DNA of 64,000 nt. Source: the human T2T-CHM13v2.0 reference genome, Homo sapiens. A program made the position numbers and the translations under genes. Under the pieces are notes generated by a model that did no database searches, was not told the origin of the DNA, and saw only the letters and a list, made by a program, of their open reading frames with translations. Shown piece after piece: positions 1 to 11,521 of this stretch; position 1 is the first letter of the stretch; every line of letters begins with the position of its first letter. Where the stretch lies: NCBI RefSeq assembly GCF_009914755.1, contig NC_060935.1; one strand, written 5' to 3'.

Positions 1-44
1 GATTCTCCTATTGCTTCTGTTTCTCTGTTGAACCCTAAAATACT
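1..44 (+). mobile_element. 3' end of MLT2-type (ERVL) LTR, truncated by window edge
   Basis: tcctattgcttctgtttctctgttgaaccctaaaatac resembles the MLT2 terminus tcctattggttctgtttctctggagaaccctgactaataca. Confidence 0.5.
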
Positions 45-1454
45 CTCATTTCCCACTCTGCCCCATCTTGACTCTTGTTGTTGATACTTGCTATTGTTTT
101 ATTTCCTCCTCTTTTTCCTATCCCTTTCTACATGTCTTCCTTTGGAAATCTTTGTTGTTTTCTTCTTGTTTATGATATGATGCCTTTCCCTTTCGGAATG
201 TTCAGGAAAGTTTGAAATGCTTCTCTGATAATTGCCTTATTTATGTATGTCAGTGATTAGATGCAGAAGTGTTGGAAACAGGCAAGCTTAGATTTGAGCC
301 TTGGCCTACCCTCTACTAGATGTAGTTACCTCATCAAATTCATTAGATTCATCTATGAAATGGAGTAGTTATTGTGTAAGTGATATATTTGTTGCAAAAC
401 TTTCAATACATATTACCTTCTCTCTAATAGGCAGTTAATAATACAATTTGAAATGCCTTGTCCATTTCTTTGCCTGGAGAACCTCCTTCAAAATTCTAAT
501 TTTATCCTAATGTTACTTTTCTCAATTCTAGTGCTGTTTCTTCTAAAATATTATAAAAACTAATCTTTTTTACTAGTAAACATATGTTTTTAAACTTCTA
601 CATCACAAGCACCTAACATAGTGACTAACACTTAGAAGATGCAATAAATATTTGTTGAATTGCATTTGATCACACAGACCTTAATTCTATAATAGATGTA
701 AGAGGCATAGTATTGCACAGTGTATGCCAATAAGCAGCAAATATTTTCATAGAAAAACCAATTTAAAATAGTTCACATATTGACATTATTGTTTAAAAAT
801 AGCATAGATGTTAAGAAGCCAAGTGATAATTATATGGTGGATTTGTTTTTTTCCATTTTTGCCTTTACAAATAATCAGATTAGCTTGTGGGAAAAAATAA
901 TGAATACCAATAGTAATAAATTCTTCAGAGTTTATAAATATTTTCACAATCCAATTATGATAGTTAATACTCATTGTTGATTGTGCAAAATTTTTACTAT
1001 ATTATTCAATTATAATGGTTTAAGATATGATTATGGTTATTGTTCCCTCTTTACAGTTAAAGAGACAGCTTAAGGTTTAGTGATGCACTTGAAGTCACAA
1101 AGCTACAAGTTGAGGTTAAAAATTCCAACCTGTCTACTGCCAAACTTATGTTCATCATTCTTTATAGCCTAACTAGTATGTAGGGTTACCTCCATTTTAC
1201 TGATGAGGAAACTATTTCAAAAAGATTGTAATTATTTAATTATGTGTTACAAATCACTTTCCCCCATCCAAAACAATTGAATTCTACAATGAAAAATCAA
1301 CTCATTCTTTTTTTAATTAATTTACTTTTTTAGTTATTTTCTTAATTGTTTCAATAGGGCTTACAATATATATCTCAATTTATCAGTCTGCTTCAAATTT
1401 ACACTAACTTAATTCCAGTAATAGGTATATTTTAATCCAGAGTTATCACTGTTG

Positions 1455-1817
1455 TCTACTCTCTTAGTTCAGGCTACTATAACAAAAATAGCGCCAGGTG
1501 GCTTCAAAAACAGAAATTATTTTTTCTCACAGGCTGGAGGCTGGGAAGTCCAAGGTCAAGGTGGCAACAAATCTGTCGTTTGGAAAGGCTTCACTTCCTG
1601 GTTTGTTGATGACAATCTTCACATTGTAGTCTCATGTGGGGGAGAGCAGAGAGAGAAAAAAAATGTGTTCTTTCATTTCTCTTTTTATGAGGGTACTAAT
1701 TCATTCACAAGGATTATGTCTTCATTACCTAATATTGTCCCCAAATCCCCATTTCTTAATACTCTCACTTTGGGGTTAGGATTTTAACATATGATTTTTT
1801 GAGGGGAACACAAACAG
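1455..1817 (-). mobile_element. MLT1-family (MaLR) solo LTR, boundaries approximate
   Basis: MLT1 motifs: ttctcacaggctggaggctgggaagtccaaggtcaaggtg ... ggggttaggattttaacatatga ... gaggggaacacaaaca. Confidence 0.75.
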
Positions 1818-2005
1818 GAATAGGAACAAACAAGCAGTAAAGATAAAACCGATTCTGCCATTAAGTTCCAAGTTCAAGCACACAGCCAGAAAAAAGTTCT
1901 GAAATTCTGAAGGTTAGTGCCTGGGAGGCACTAGAACACAGGTTAGAAAATTGCAGCGGTGGGACCAAAGAGAAAGTACCTTAGTGCCATAGATGGAACT
2001 CAAGA

Positions 2006-2616
2006 TGAAGCAGCTACATTGTCTGTGGTATAAACCTGGTGTTCGTTGTCACCCGCCAGGAAAACTTAGGACACGGACAAACACAAGGAGTACAGGAGCT
2101 GAGGTTTAATAGGCAGAAGAGAAGAGAAAGATAAACAGCTTTCTTTATAGGGAAAGGGGTTTCTGAGCAGAAAGGACTGGCTGACAGCAAATGTGCCAAA
2201 TTTTGTAGTCCAGTTTGAGGTGGCGGTGTCTGATTTACACAGGGCTTATAGATTGGTTCGATCATGTATGATGTTTACATAATGCACAGGGAAGTCTGGT
2301 CTCCCAACCCTAATGTTATTATGCGAATGGGCTGTCCAGTTGATCAGCACCATCTTGTCTACTCCTTACAGTACACATAGCTAACAGAGAAGAGAAGATG
2401 GAGCCACCATCTTGAAAATGTCTAGTGCTTAGTTTCTGCTGGCATTCACCCACACAAACTCCCAGCTTGCTTGTCTATGTCTGCAGGTCAACTTTCCAGG
2501 CTACTGTTTGTTAGTAAATGATTTGGGGCTGTGTTTCATTAAAAAGAAAAGCATTACCAAAGACTGTTATACCCCTTGCTATCTGCCTAAGTGATTTCTT
2601 CTTAACTCCTCTATCA
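2006..2616 (-). repeat. 3' LTR (MER61)
   Basis: Minus strand begins TGATAGAGGAGTTAAGAAGAAATCACTTAGGCAGATAG and ends ...GCTGCTTCA; preceded by PPT AGAGAGGGGAA. Confidence 0.88.
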
Positions 2617-5600
2617 TTCCCCTCTCTGGAGTGGTAACCCTAACTGCTGTTAAGGGGTGTTTGATGATGACTCTTTCTGGCTACTTCCTGCTGAAAAGGG
2701 GCATCATGTGGGGCACAGCAGCTAGGGCTCCTCTTGGGTCGATCTAAGGGTTCCTGGAAGAAAGATACATCCATCTGTGGTTCAGTCTAAAACTCCATTT
2801 GGAGTTTGATTGCTGTCAGTCATTCCAATGGGTCATGATACTGGTTTTCCTCCACCAGATGCTGCTGAAATATTAATATACAAGTAAGATTCTTTTTTGA
2901 ATAAGTGGTATTAGATTTGGGTAGCTAGAGTAACTTTAGTGTTAACCTTGGCTAAATCTTTCCTGTAATTATTAATTCCCTCATTACTTCAACAGACCAT
3001 CTAAGACGTGCTTAAACTTGTCCTAACATCCTTCTTTTTAAACGACCAACTATTCTTTTTAGGACAGGTATTTACCATCCTTGTAATCTTTTCATGACTT
3101 CCACAACCATCTATAACATGCTCAAACCTTCTGACTTCTCCTAAACATCCCTCTTTTAAACAACCAACTGTTCTCTTTAGGAGAAGTATTTATCATACAA
3201 GATCCTTTCTTAGGTAAAATATTTTTCCTTTATAACCTTTGTATATAGCCAGGATGTGACATTACCAAACCCAATAAGAAGTTCTAGAAGATTCAGTGAT
3301 AGTAAAACTTTCATACTTCTTTTTCTTTTTTTTTTTTTTTTTTGGTAACTGTTATCCATCCTGTAAGGATAATAATTAAGCAAAATACCATAGCAATGGA
3401 AACTCTCTGTCTGATATTCCAGTTAGAAGGTGCAACTGTGTATAGCCCTACTGCAAGTAGTAGAGGGAGTATAGCAATTTTTGCAAGTGTGGTGTAGTAG
3501 ATAATTTTCATCTTAAAATTGTACCTGCCAAGATATAGAATTTCCCTTTGGGGGATCTGTGAAGTTTCTTGGCTTTATTTTCCCAAACAAATAAACCTCT
3601 GGGTTATGGGCACCCTACTCACTTTCATTACCTGGCAGAATTTGCTGAATAATTGCCCAGAACTAGCATATTTATCCAGATTTTCACATTACCCATCTCT
3701 TTTTGTTTCTTCCAAGCTGCAGGAGATCACCACTTGATTCACAGAAATAAGCAGGGTTAGTCTAAAATGTAGGTAAAAAGCTTAAAAACAATTATTGTGA
3801 CTAGGATTTAATGACAAATGTATGATAAGCTTTGGAGCACAATTTCTCTCTCCAGTCCTCATTTTTGGTAAAAACAAATTATGATAGGACTGTGTTGTTT
3901 GTAGAATAAACTTTAGCCTTATACTTGGCACGAATATTTGCATAAAGTGCAGCAAGAATAATTTTCCCTACATAGGCCTTTTGGGTTGGCTTTGATGGAA
4001 CTCTGTTCCCTAAGGAATCTCAGATAAGACCTCTTCAAGCCGAGTTCAGCAATGGGTTTTTATCCCCAAATACTTTACACTTAAGGTCCCAAGATAAACT
4101 TGGAGGTCCTGGACATGTTAGAAAGTGACATTCTTTACTGACCACAGGTTAAGAAACCTGTCCAGGGACTGTGTAGACAAGGTATGAGGCCAGTCTTCCC
4201 CAAGGTGCTTTTATCAGCTCTGCAAGCTGAGATTCACTCTTTAAAGGGGGAAGCATACACTTCTTGTCAAAGCTTTGATGAAATAACCAGTTTTTCTAAT
4301 TGTGTCTTATTGAAAAAAAAAAAGACTTTTTGTGGCACTGATGCAAACAACTATATTGCCATAAGTTAAGATTACTCACAGATAGTTTCCAAATTCTAGA
4401 GGAACCAGGTACAGGGAAACAAACCTGCTCTGAATTTTGTTCACAAGAGTATAACTTACTCAATTATTAAAGGCTGTACATAATTCAAAATAAATTTCCT
4501 TGACTCTGAAAAACAAAATAAGGATCAGCAATATCCTAAGCAAAAGTCAAAAAGATTGCTTTAGCTTTCTGAGTACAGTCCATTTAAGTCAACTCTTGTT
4601 TCACTTGATATTCATAAACACGTCAGTTCTTCATGAGTCCTGTACATTTTTTGTAATGTTACAATCTTCAAAGCTATTGGAAATCTGCATTTGAGAACAG
4701 CTGTTAAAGTCTTATAGCTTGATTATGTCCCATCTTTTGAGAAGGAACACAGCAAGATAAAAATTGTCTGTAAGTGACAAAATTTTCAGGGTAGTTACAG
4801 TTAAAAACATGACTGGCAAAGTTTAGTTATCTCCATGGTTTACAATAATTTTAAAATTAATTATGATTGATAGCATATACTTAGACATTAGAATTTTAGA
4901 AATCCCATACAATTTTGGAACATATATTGGTATTATTCACAAAAATATAAGTTAAGATTGGACATCATTTTGGCAATCCCAATGTGATTAAACATGTCAA
5001 ATAATCCTGTTCACCTATTTTCTGAATGTTTCAGGGGCACCCTGAACTATCTAGAAAGCCCGGCATCAGGAAAGACAATTTTGAAACTTGAAGTTTGATT
5101 TTGGGATGTCTGTTAAATGTTAGAGGTTTAAAACAGTTGATATTAAGAAATAGAATTCCAGATAGTCATACATTACTTATTTTGCCAAAATGATGACTCA
5201 AAAGGCAAAAACCTTTCATTAGCCTTTACTATTACATAAAAATCCTGCTCAAAGCCAAATTTTACCTTTGCACTAATTTATTAATGTTAACCCCAATTTG
5301 ATTAAATGCCACCCTAAAGACAGTTCCATCTAATCTTAACCAATTTGACCATGAGATGAAGTCCTTACAAACCTTTTATAACCCATTTTGCTAAAGGGCA
5401 GATTAGTGTCTTGAGACAGCCTTGCGATGCTTTTATTTCAATGCTCAATTTATGAAAAGACCATCTTTCCACAACATGCTTAAACCTATAGCTTTATCTT
5501 ATCAAATTTAAGATAATTCCTCATCCCTGGGCAATATTTACATTTCTATAGTTTCTTATAATCCTTTACTAAAAAACACATTTTACTGTTTTTATACACC

Positions 5601-8119
5601 TTGCCTTTAAAACTGTTCAGTGATCTTAAATACATGCTGCACTGTTAACTCTTAGCAACTTTTACATTTGGTGAGAAACCTGGTTAGTAAGCAATTCTAG
5701 TTATGTACCAGGCGTGGAGCCTAGGACCCAGACAGAAATGCAGATAAGATCTGACTCTTTCCAGCATCTAACTCCATGTGTCCCAGGCCTTACTTATCTG
5801 TAAATCATGCAGTATGCAGCCTTTGAACATTTAGCAAACCTAGTATCTGTTTTACGATTTAGACCACCTATTTGGATTTTGATGACCCTTGCATTTTACC
5901 AATAATCCTTAAGATTATTTTTATTTCTTAAAAATTAAAGTCACATGAACTAAAACATATTTGATTTAAGCACTATTTTTTAAGCCAATTAATTAGAGCT
6001 TTTATTATAGACATTAAACACAACACATATATAGTGACATAAACAGAAGATTCAGCACTTGTAAGAGTTTTCATTTGTCAGTTTCTTAATTGGATTACTG
6101 GCTTCAGGGTGGAGACTTTGGTGGAACTGGGCCAGGCAGCATTCATTTTTAGGGCCTAATAAGTAGGCACAGCTGAAGGCAAAGGCAGATCCCTAAAATT
6201 AAATGTGCCATTTTATACTAGATTTTTGATCCCCTAAAGGAGGGAGATACTATGGGAGAAAATAGTGCATTGCTTCTACCATGTATTTCATTGCAAGGCA
6301 ACCCAAAGCTAATCAGCTTTATCCCCCATGGGAGTATCATCTCTCAGTCAGGGGTGGGGATGTTTCCATATCTTTCAGGCGGCCAAGAGCATGCTTCTCT
6401 GATTTATAACTACTATTTGCCATCCCTTAAAGTGTATTTCCTACCTCCTTATTACACATCAAAGCTCTCTCCTAATGTGAAGTATTTTGATACACCCAAA
6501 ACTCAAAATAATCAGAACACACAAAGCAAAACTGAAAAGAGCCTTTAATTTTGAGAGGGCACTATCTGCTCTTAGTTCCTGGGGTTTCATGAGGAAAAGA
6601 GAGTTTTTTCCCCCCCACAATGGGGTCTGTGGCACCTCCTCTGTTTTTCCCAAGGACTACCAGAAGTTATCTTAGGGCCTCTCATGCATGCATTAAGAGT
6701 GTCAAGAAATAAAATGGAGAAAGATGATTTAGTCAACTGAGAAAAATTTAAAAAAAAAAATAAACTTTTTCCAGAAAACAAGATCCAAGAAGAGAAAAAT
6801 ATAAAGGCCTTTTAAATATATTTATTACTTGAATACCCAGTTTTAATTAAGCTGAGCACTCTTTAACAAAATCCCTTTAAATCCACTGTTACTCAACTTT
6901 AGCTATGTCAAGCAGTTAAGATTTTCAGCTTTTGAACTTTACAAAAAGTAACCTCACAGGTGAAACCAACAAGCCTTAATTATGTTACGATGTAACAGTG
7001 AGTGTACAAGGTGTTTCTAAGGGGTGACAAATGGCTTTTGAAACTGTCATTGCAAAATTATGACTGAGATGGTGAAAGAGATCTGACCCAAAGAACTCTA
7101 TTTTTTTTCAAGCCTGCAAGCTGTCCTTGTCTGTCCCTGGGTGTAGGCTGAACCAACTTTGGGAGGCACCTGGTTTACAGTTTAGACTCTAAAACAAAGA
7201 TGATGTCAGCCCTTTCTTAAAATATACTTTCCTCTTGCCTGGGTACCAGAGCAAGAAACTAGCCACAAGATTAAAATCCATGGCTTAGGAGTCACACAGC
7301 TGGAGGCTACAAGATTTTGACCATCCCTTAACAGCTCTCAAGATTAGTGCTTAAGATATTTTGTAAACCCTGCCCTTGATCAATCAGCTGGCAGCTCCCT
7401 GATTGACAAAGTGACTTATCTGATTTTGTGGCCCTCACCCAGAAACTGACTTAGCATAAGAAGTCAGCAAACATTGTAAAATGGTGGAGACTAAAACAAA
7501 TTATTGCCATATGGTTACAGGTCATGTTCCCAAGGACAAGAAGCAAGATGGAGGCCTTTAGCCAAGTTTGTTACTGATCATTTTGTTGGGCTGGCTTGAA
7601 CAGCAGGCTTAGGGGGTCCTGGGCCTGCATCCTAACCTAAAGTAACTTTTCTTTTGACGGAACCATACAGAAAGACACACAAAGCACACCAGATTGTCTA
7701 CAATTTAAGGCCAACCTCACAAATCCTTTCTCATTAATTAAAGCTTTTCAGAGAATATAAACAGTGATCCTTATTATTTCTTTTGCCAGTTTGCACAGGG
7801 ATAGAGAAGCCAAAAACCCAACTAGTAAAAAAAACTTTTACCCTTTTGCCGGCATGTCAGGCTTCTGGGTTTTCTTTCTCCCCCAGCTCAACTCTAAGCC
7901 AAGCATTTTAAGGTTTGTGGAAATTAACTTCTCCCAGGTTGAATGAACATCATAAAAGGGCCATTGAAAACAGTGAAAAAAGGAAAAACACCATAGAAGA
8001 GTCTGGGGCTTCCAATTAGGGTTTCAAGAGGTATTGCCTCTCTTCTTGCTGGGAATGGTGTTTCCCCTATTTCTTCACTTTCTCTATCTTCTCTTTTCCC
8101 ATTTGGCCTACTATAGGAG

Positions 8120-8740
8120 ACCTATTGCTCACCTCAGAAATCCTCTGATGCTTGCAGAGCTGTCTGTTTTAGCCGCAGTTAGGGTTTGGCTTAGGAGCAA
8201 CATAACATCCCTCCATGAGAGGTCAAATACCTGAGTTAAATTCTGGAAAACTTCTATATGCCCATCAGGGTCATTAGAAAATTGGCCTAAGTCTCCCTTT
8301 AATTGCCTGAGGTCCTGCAATGAGAAGGGTACTTGAATCCTAGTGGCATCACCTCAATTATGTATTTTCTGTAGGGGTAAGTGAGAAGGTGATGGAATGG
8401 AAAATTTTGGACATGGTGGAGGTAGAAGAACTGGTGGTGTGGTTGGAGGTGGCCCCGGTTAAGGAGGACTGGAAGGGCTGGTACACCCAATAGCTGCCTC
8501 GGATGGTTCCCCTGGAAGTTGCTTTTCTCATTTTGGGGAATTATTCTCTTTTGGCCTGCCTGATATGATTGCTAAAAGAGCTGGATTCATTTTGCAGTGC
8601 TTGCAAGGATCTAGTAAAAAGGCCATGCCCTTGTGCAAAAGAAAATGAGCTGCTTTTTCTTTAAAGTCTCAGGTTAAGAGGAGTCCCTGTACTTCAGAAT
8701 GCACTCCAGGGGAGTACAGGCTGAATATGGTCCCATCTAG
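8120..8740 (-). pseudogene. Degenerate retroviral gag (MA and CA fragments)
   Basis: Minus-strand peptides CTPLECILK...PETLKKKQLIFFCTRAW (~8620-8720) and DLRQLKGDLGQFSNDPDGHIEVFQNLTQVFDLSWRDVMLLLSQTLT (8129-8320) resemble ERV1 (HERV-H/W/HUERS) Gag; stops and frameshifts present. Confidence 0.8.
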
Positions 8741-10157
8741 AAAGAGAAATGACAAAAAGGCTTCCCTTTAGTCTCCTTCCTTTTCGTGTGACACAGAGTG
8801 GAGAGGAAGACAGTGGGAGCATTCCCCTTGCTGTATTCCCTCCATGGTTCCTGGGTCCCGGCACCTTGTTGAATATGCCACCCATGGTTGCAGGCATGAC
8901 TGCCAGCCATGGAAACAGAGGCATTTAGAGATTGGGGTTTGTCACACTCACCCAAGTGGCTCTAGTCCTCTGTCCTCTGCCTGTGATTTCCCTTTGACTT
9001 CCTAGACTTATGTGGCCTGTCTGGCTTCCGGAAAAATAGATCTCAAAAAAAAAAACAAAACAAAACAAAACACTACATAATAGTTGGGCAAGGCCTCTTT
9101 AATGGAGGGGCTAGACTGAAATCTATACCTGATATTATGGGCTGTACTAAAGCATTTACCCTTAGATAATGGTTCTGGTTAACTTCCAGACTTAAAATCC
9201 CCTTACTAATTAAGTACCATTCTAATTGGAGGCAGAATAGGTGCCTTAAAAATGTAGGGACTAAATGGCCATTTTCCTGCTGATGGGACAGTATCAAGAA
9301 CTAACATTCGGTTCCAGGGGACATTTTAATCCTAATTGTTGAAGGTAGAGTTTTCCTGTTAACAGAAGCAACATAAAGCATGGTGTCTAGTAGAGGGATG
9401 CAAAAAGGGAGAGAATTGGTTAGCTAGGGTGTTTTGGTAAAGGACCAATGATGTGCCTCATGGAAAAGATCCCTATTACACTAGGTGGGGCTGCTGGCCT
9501 TGAAATGTCATGTGCTTTTCAGACCAAGGGCAGAGAGAGATGCTCCCTATGGTGAGGGTGACCCTCTCTTCCTTGAAAATCACAAAGATGCCCTCCCTTG
9601 AGCTATATCCCTGGTTACTATGACATTCCCTCATCTTGCCAAACAAGATTACCTCCCTGAACTATAAAATTTCCCATACATTGCATACACAGAGAGGATG
9701 AAATAGATATGACGATCGAAGACAGGAAGGGAGGAAATTATGATAAAAGGTTGGAGATTCTGTTACCGACATCTCATCAGGGTAGTCAGAGGCTGGGGTC
9801 AGTCCAAATACCTTTGGATAACAATGGTGGTAACCCTGGCCGGAAATCCTCAGGTGCACCAGGACTTCTTCCAGCCCCACATGACAGCTAAGTCCTCCAT
9901 GAAAGAAAGCTGGTTCAAACAGGGCCAGTATGCCCAGTGACCCATGGGTACTGGGGGATGCTCCATGTTCTCCCTAGCAATCCTGTCCCTCAAGTCTTGT
10001 AAGGCTGGCAGCCATGCTAATCATTTTTAAATGGCTGAAAGGGGCCCCATATTTGGTTTGATCTGGTTCTAAAATGGAAGCCAAGGGCCTCAGAATAAAA
10101 GGACAGAGTTGGAGTCTGCTCCTCTACTCACCATCTCGATGAATGTTGTATGTTGTT

Positions 10158-10175
10158 ATCCCGGACGAGCCCCCA
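10158..10175 (-). promoter_or_regulatory. Primer binding site, tRNA-Pro
   Basis: Minus strand TGGGGGCTCGTCCGGGAT, 3 nt inside the 5' LTR. Confidence 0.92.
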
Positions 10176-10178
10176 TTA

Positions 10179-10785
10179 TAAAGCAGCTATGTCTGGGGTG
10201 TAAACCCAGGGTTTGTCGTCACGCATCAGGAAAGTTTAGGACACAGACACACATGAGAAGTTTATGAGCAAAGGTTTAATAGGCAGAAGAGAAGAGAAAG
10301 AGAAACAGCTTTCTCTATAGAGATACAGGTCTCTGAGTGGAAAGGACTGGCTGGCTGCAAATGCACCAAAATATATAGCCCAGTTTGAAGGGGCAATGTC
10401 TGATTTATATAGGGCTCATAGATTGGTTTGATCAGGTATGATGTTTACATAGAGTGCAGAGAAGGCTGGTCACCCCACCTTAATCTTATTATGCAAATAG
10501 GCTTTCCAGTTGATTGGCACCATCTTGTCTGCTCTTTACAGTATACATGGCTGGCAGAGAAGGGAAGAATGGAGCTGCCATCTTGAAAATGTCTAGTCCT
10601 TAGTTCCTGCCAACATTCACCTGTGCAATCTCCCAGCTCGCTTGTCTACATCTGCAGCTCAACTTTCCAGGCTGCTATTTGTTAGTAAATGATTTGGGGC
10701 TGCTTTTCATGAAATAAAAAGCGTGACTGAGGATTCTCAAACCCTTGCTATCTCCCTAAGTGATTTCTTTTTAACTTCTATATCA
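10179..10785 (-). repeat. 5' LTR (MER61)
   Basis: Direct repeat of 2006-2616 (27 mismatches in a 180-nt block counted by eye); adjacent to the PBS. Confidence 0.88.
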
Positions 10786-10990
10786 AAGAGACTGGAGATT
10801 TTTTTATGAGAACTGCATATTGCCTCTTTGGTTTGGTTTGTTTTAAAGGCAGGTTATCTGTGGAAACCTTATTTATATATTAATTTGTTTCTCTTACTGG
10901 AGCTGAAAAACTTTTTAAGGAGGGATACTGTACTATTCAAATACCTTTCTAAAGTCCCCTAACTCCCAGCTTTAAACACAGCTGGTTTAC

Positions 10991-10991
<1 letters not shown>

Positions 10992-11031
<40 letters not shown>
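10992..11031 (+). repeat. Pure poly(A) run, 40 nt
   Basis: Directly visible. Confidence 0.97.
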
Positions 11032-11033
<2 letters not shown>

Positions 11034-11521
11034 TAACTACTATAGAATTCAGAAATTTTATTAATGATGACTGTAATTTAAAAATCAAAGTTCTCAATGG
11101 ATTTTTCTATAGGATTTCTAATTATAATGAAATTTAAGTGGAATAATCATAATGCTTTTACTGAGTTGCCATTTGTTGTATATTTATAAAACATACGTTT
11201 CAGAGGATTTAATCTTGATTTGTATTTTTTTCCTTTCTGCACATTGAGTTGTGGTTCAGTAGATGGAAGATCTAAAACATAACAATTACATATTTAAACT
11301 GATTTAAACTAGAGCCTAAAAAATAGGATAAAACAAGAATGGGATGTACCTCATTTTATAATATATATAAATTCAGAAACATTTATAAACATATTATATA
11401 AATAAAATATTATTTTAAAAATGGCTTCTTTTCAGATCTTAGGAATGAATAATTCAGTTAAGGCAGTAATGTGGAAATTTTGAAATGTGGAAATATTATT
11501 CAATTTTAAGGACAAATATGG

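Larger units (their letters stand above)
2006..10785 (-). mobile_element. ERV1 provirus with MER61 LTRs and a MER61-int/HUERS-P3-like interior; non-autonomous
   Basis: Two ~610-bp direct repeats (2006-2616, 10179-10785); 4-bp TSD AAGA (2002-2005, 10786-10789); tRNA-Pro PBS; polypurine tract at 2617-2627; gag remnants; no pol or env recognised. Confidence 0.9.

Noticed and set aside
2405-2480. p53 response element, known in some MER61 subfamilies
   Set aside because: Both LTRs read AGACATTTTC on the minus strand rather than a RRRCWWGYYY half-site; no complete two-half-site motif found by eye.
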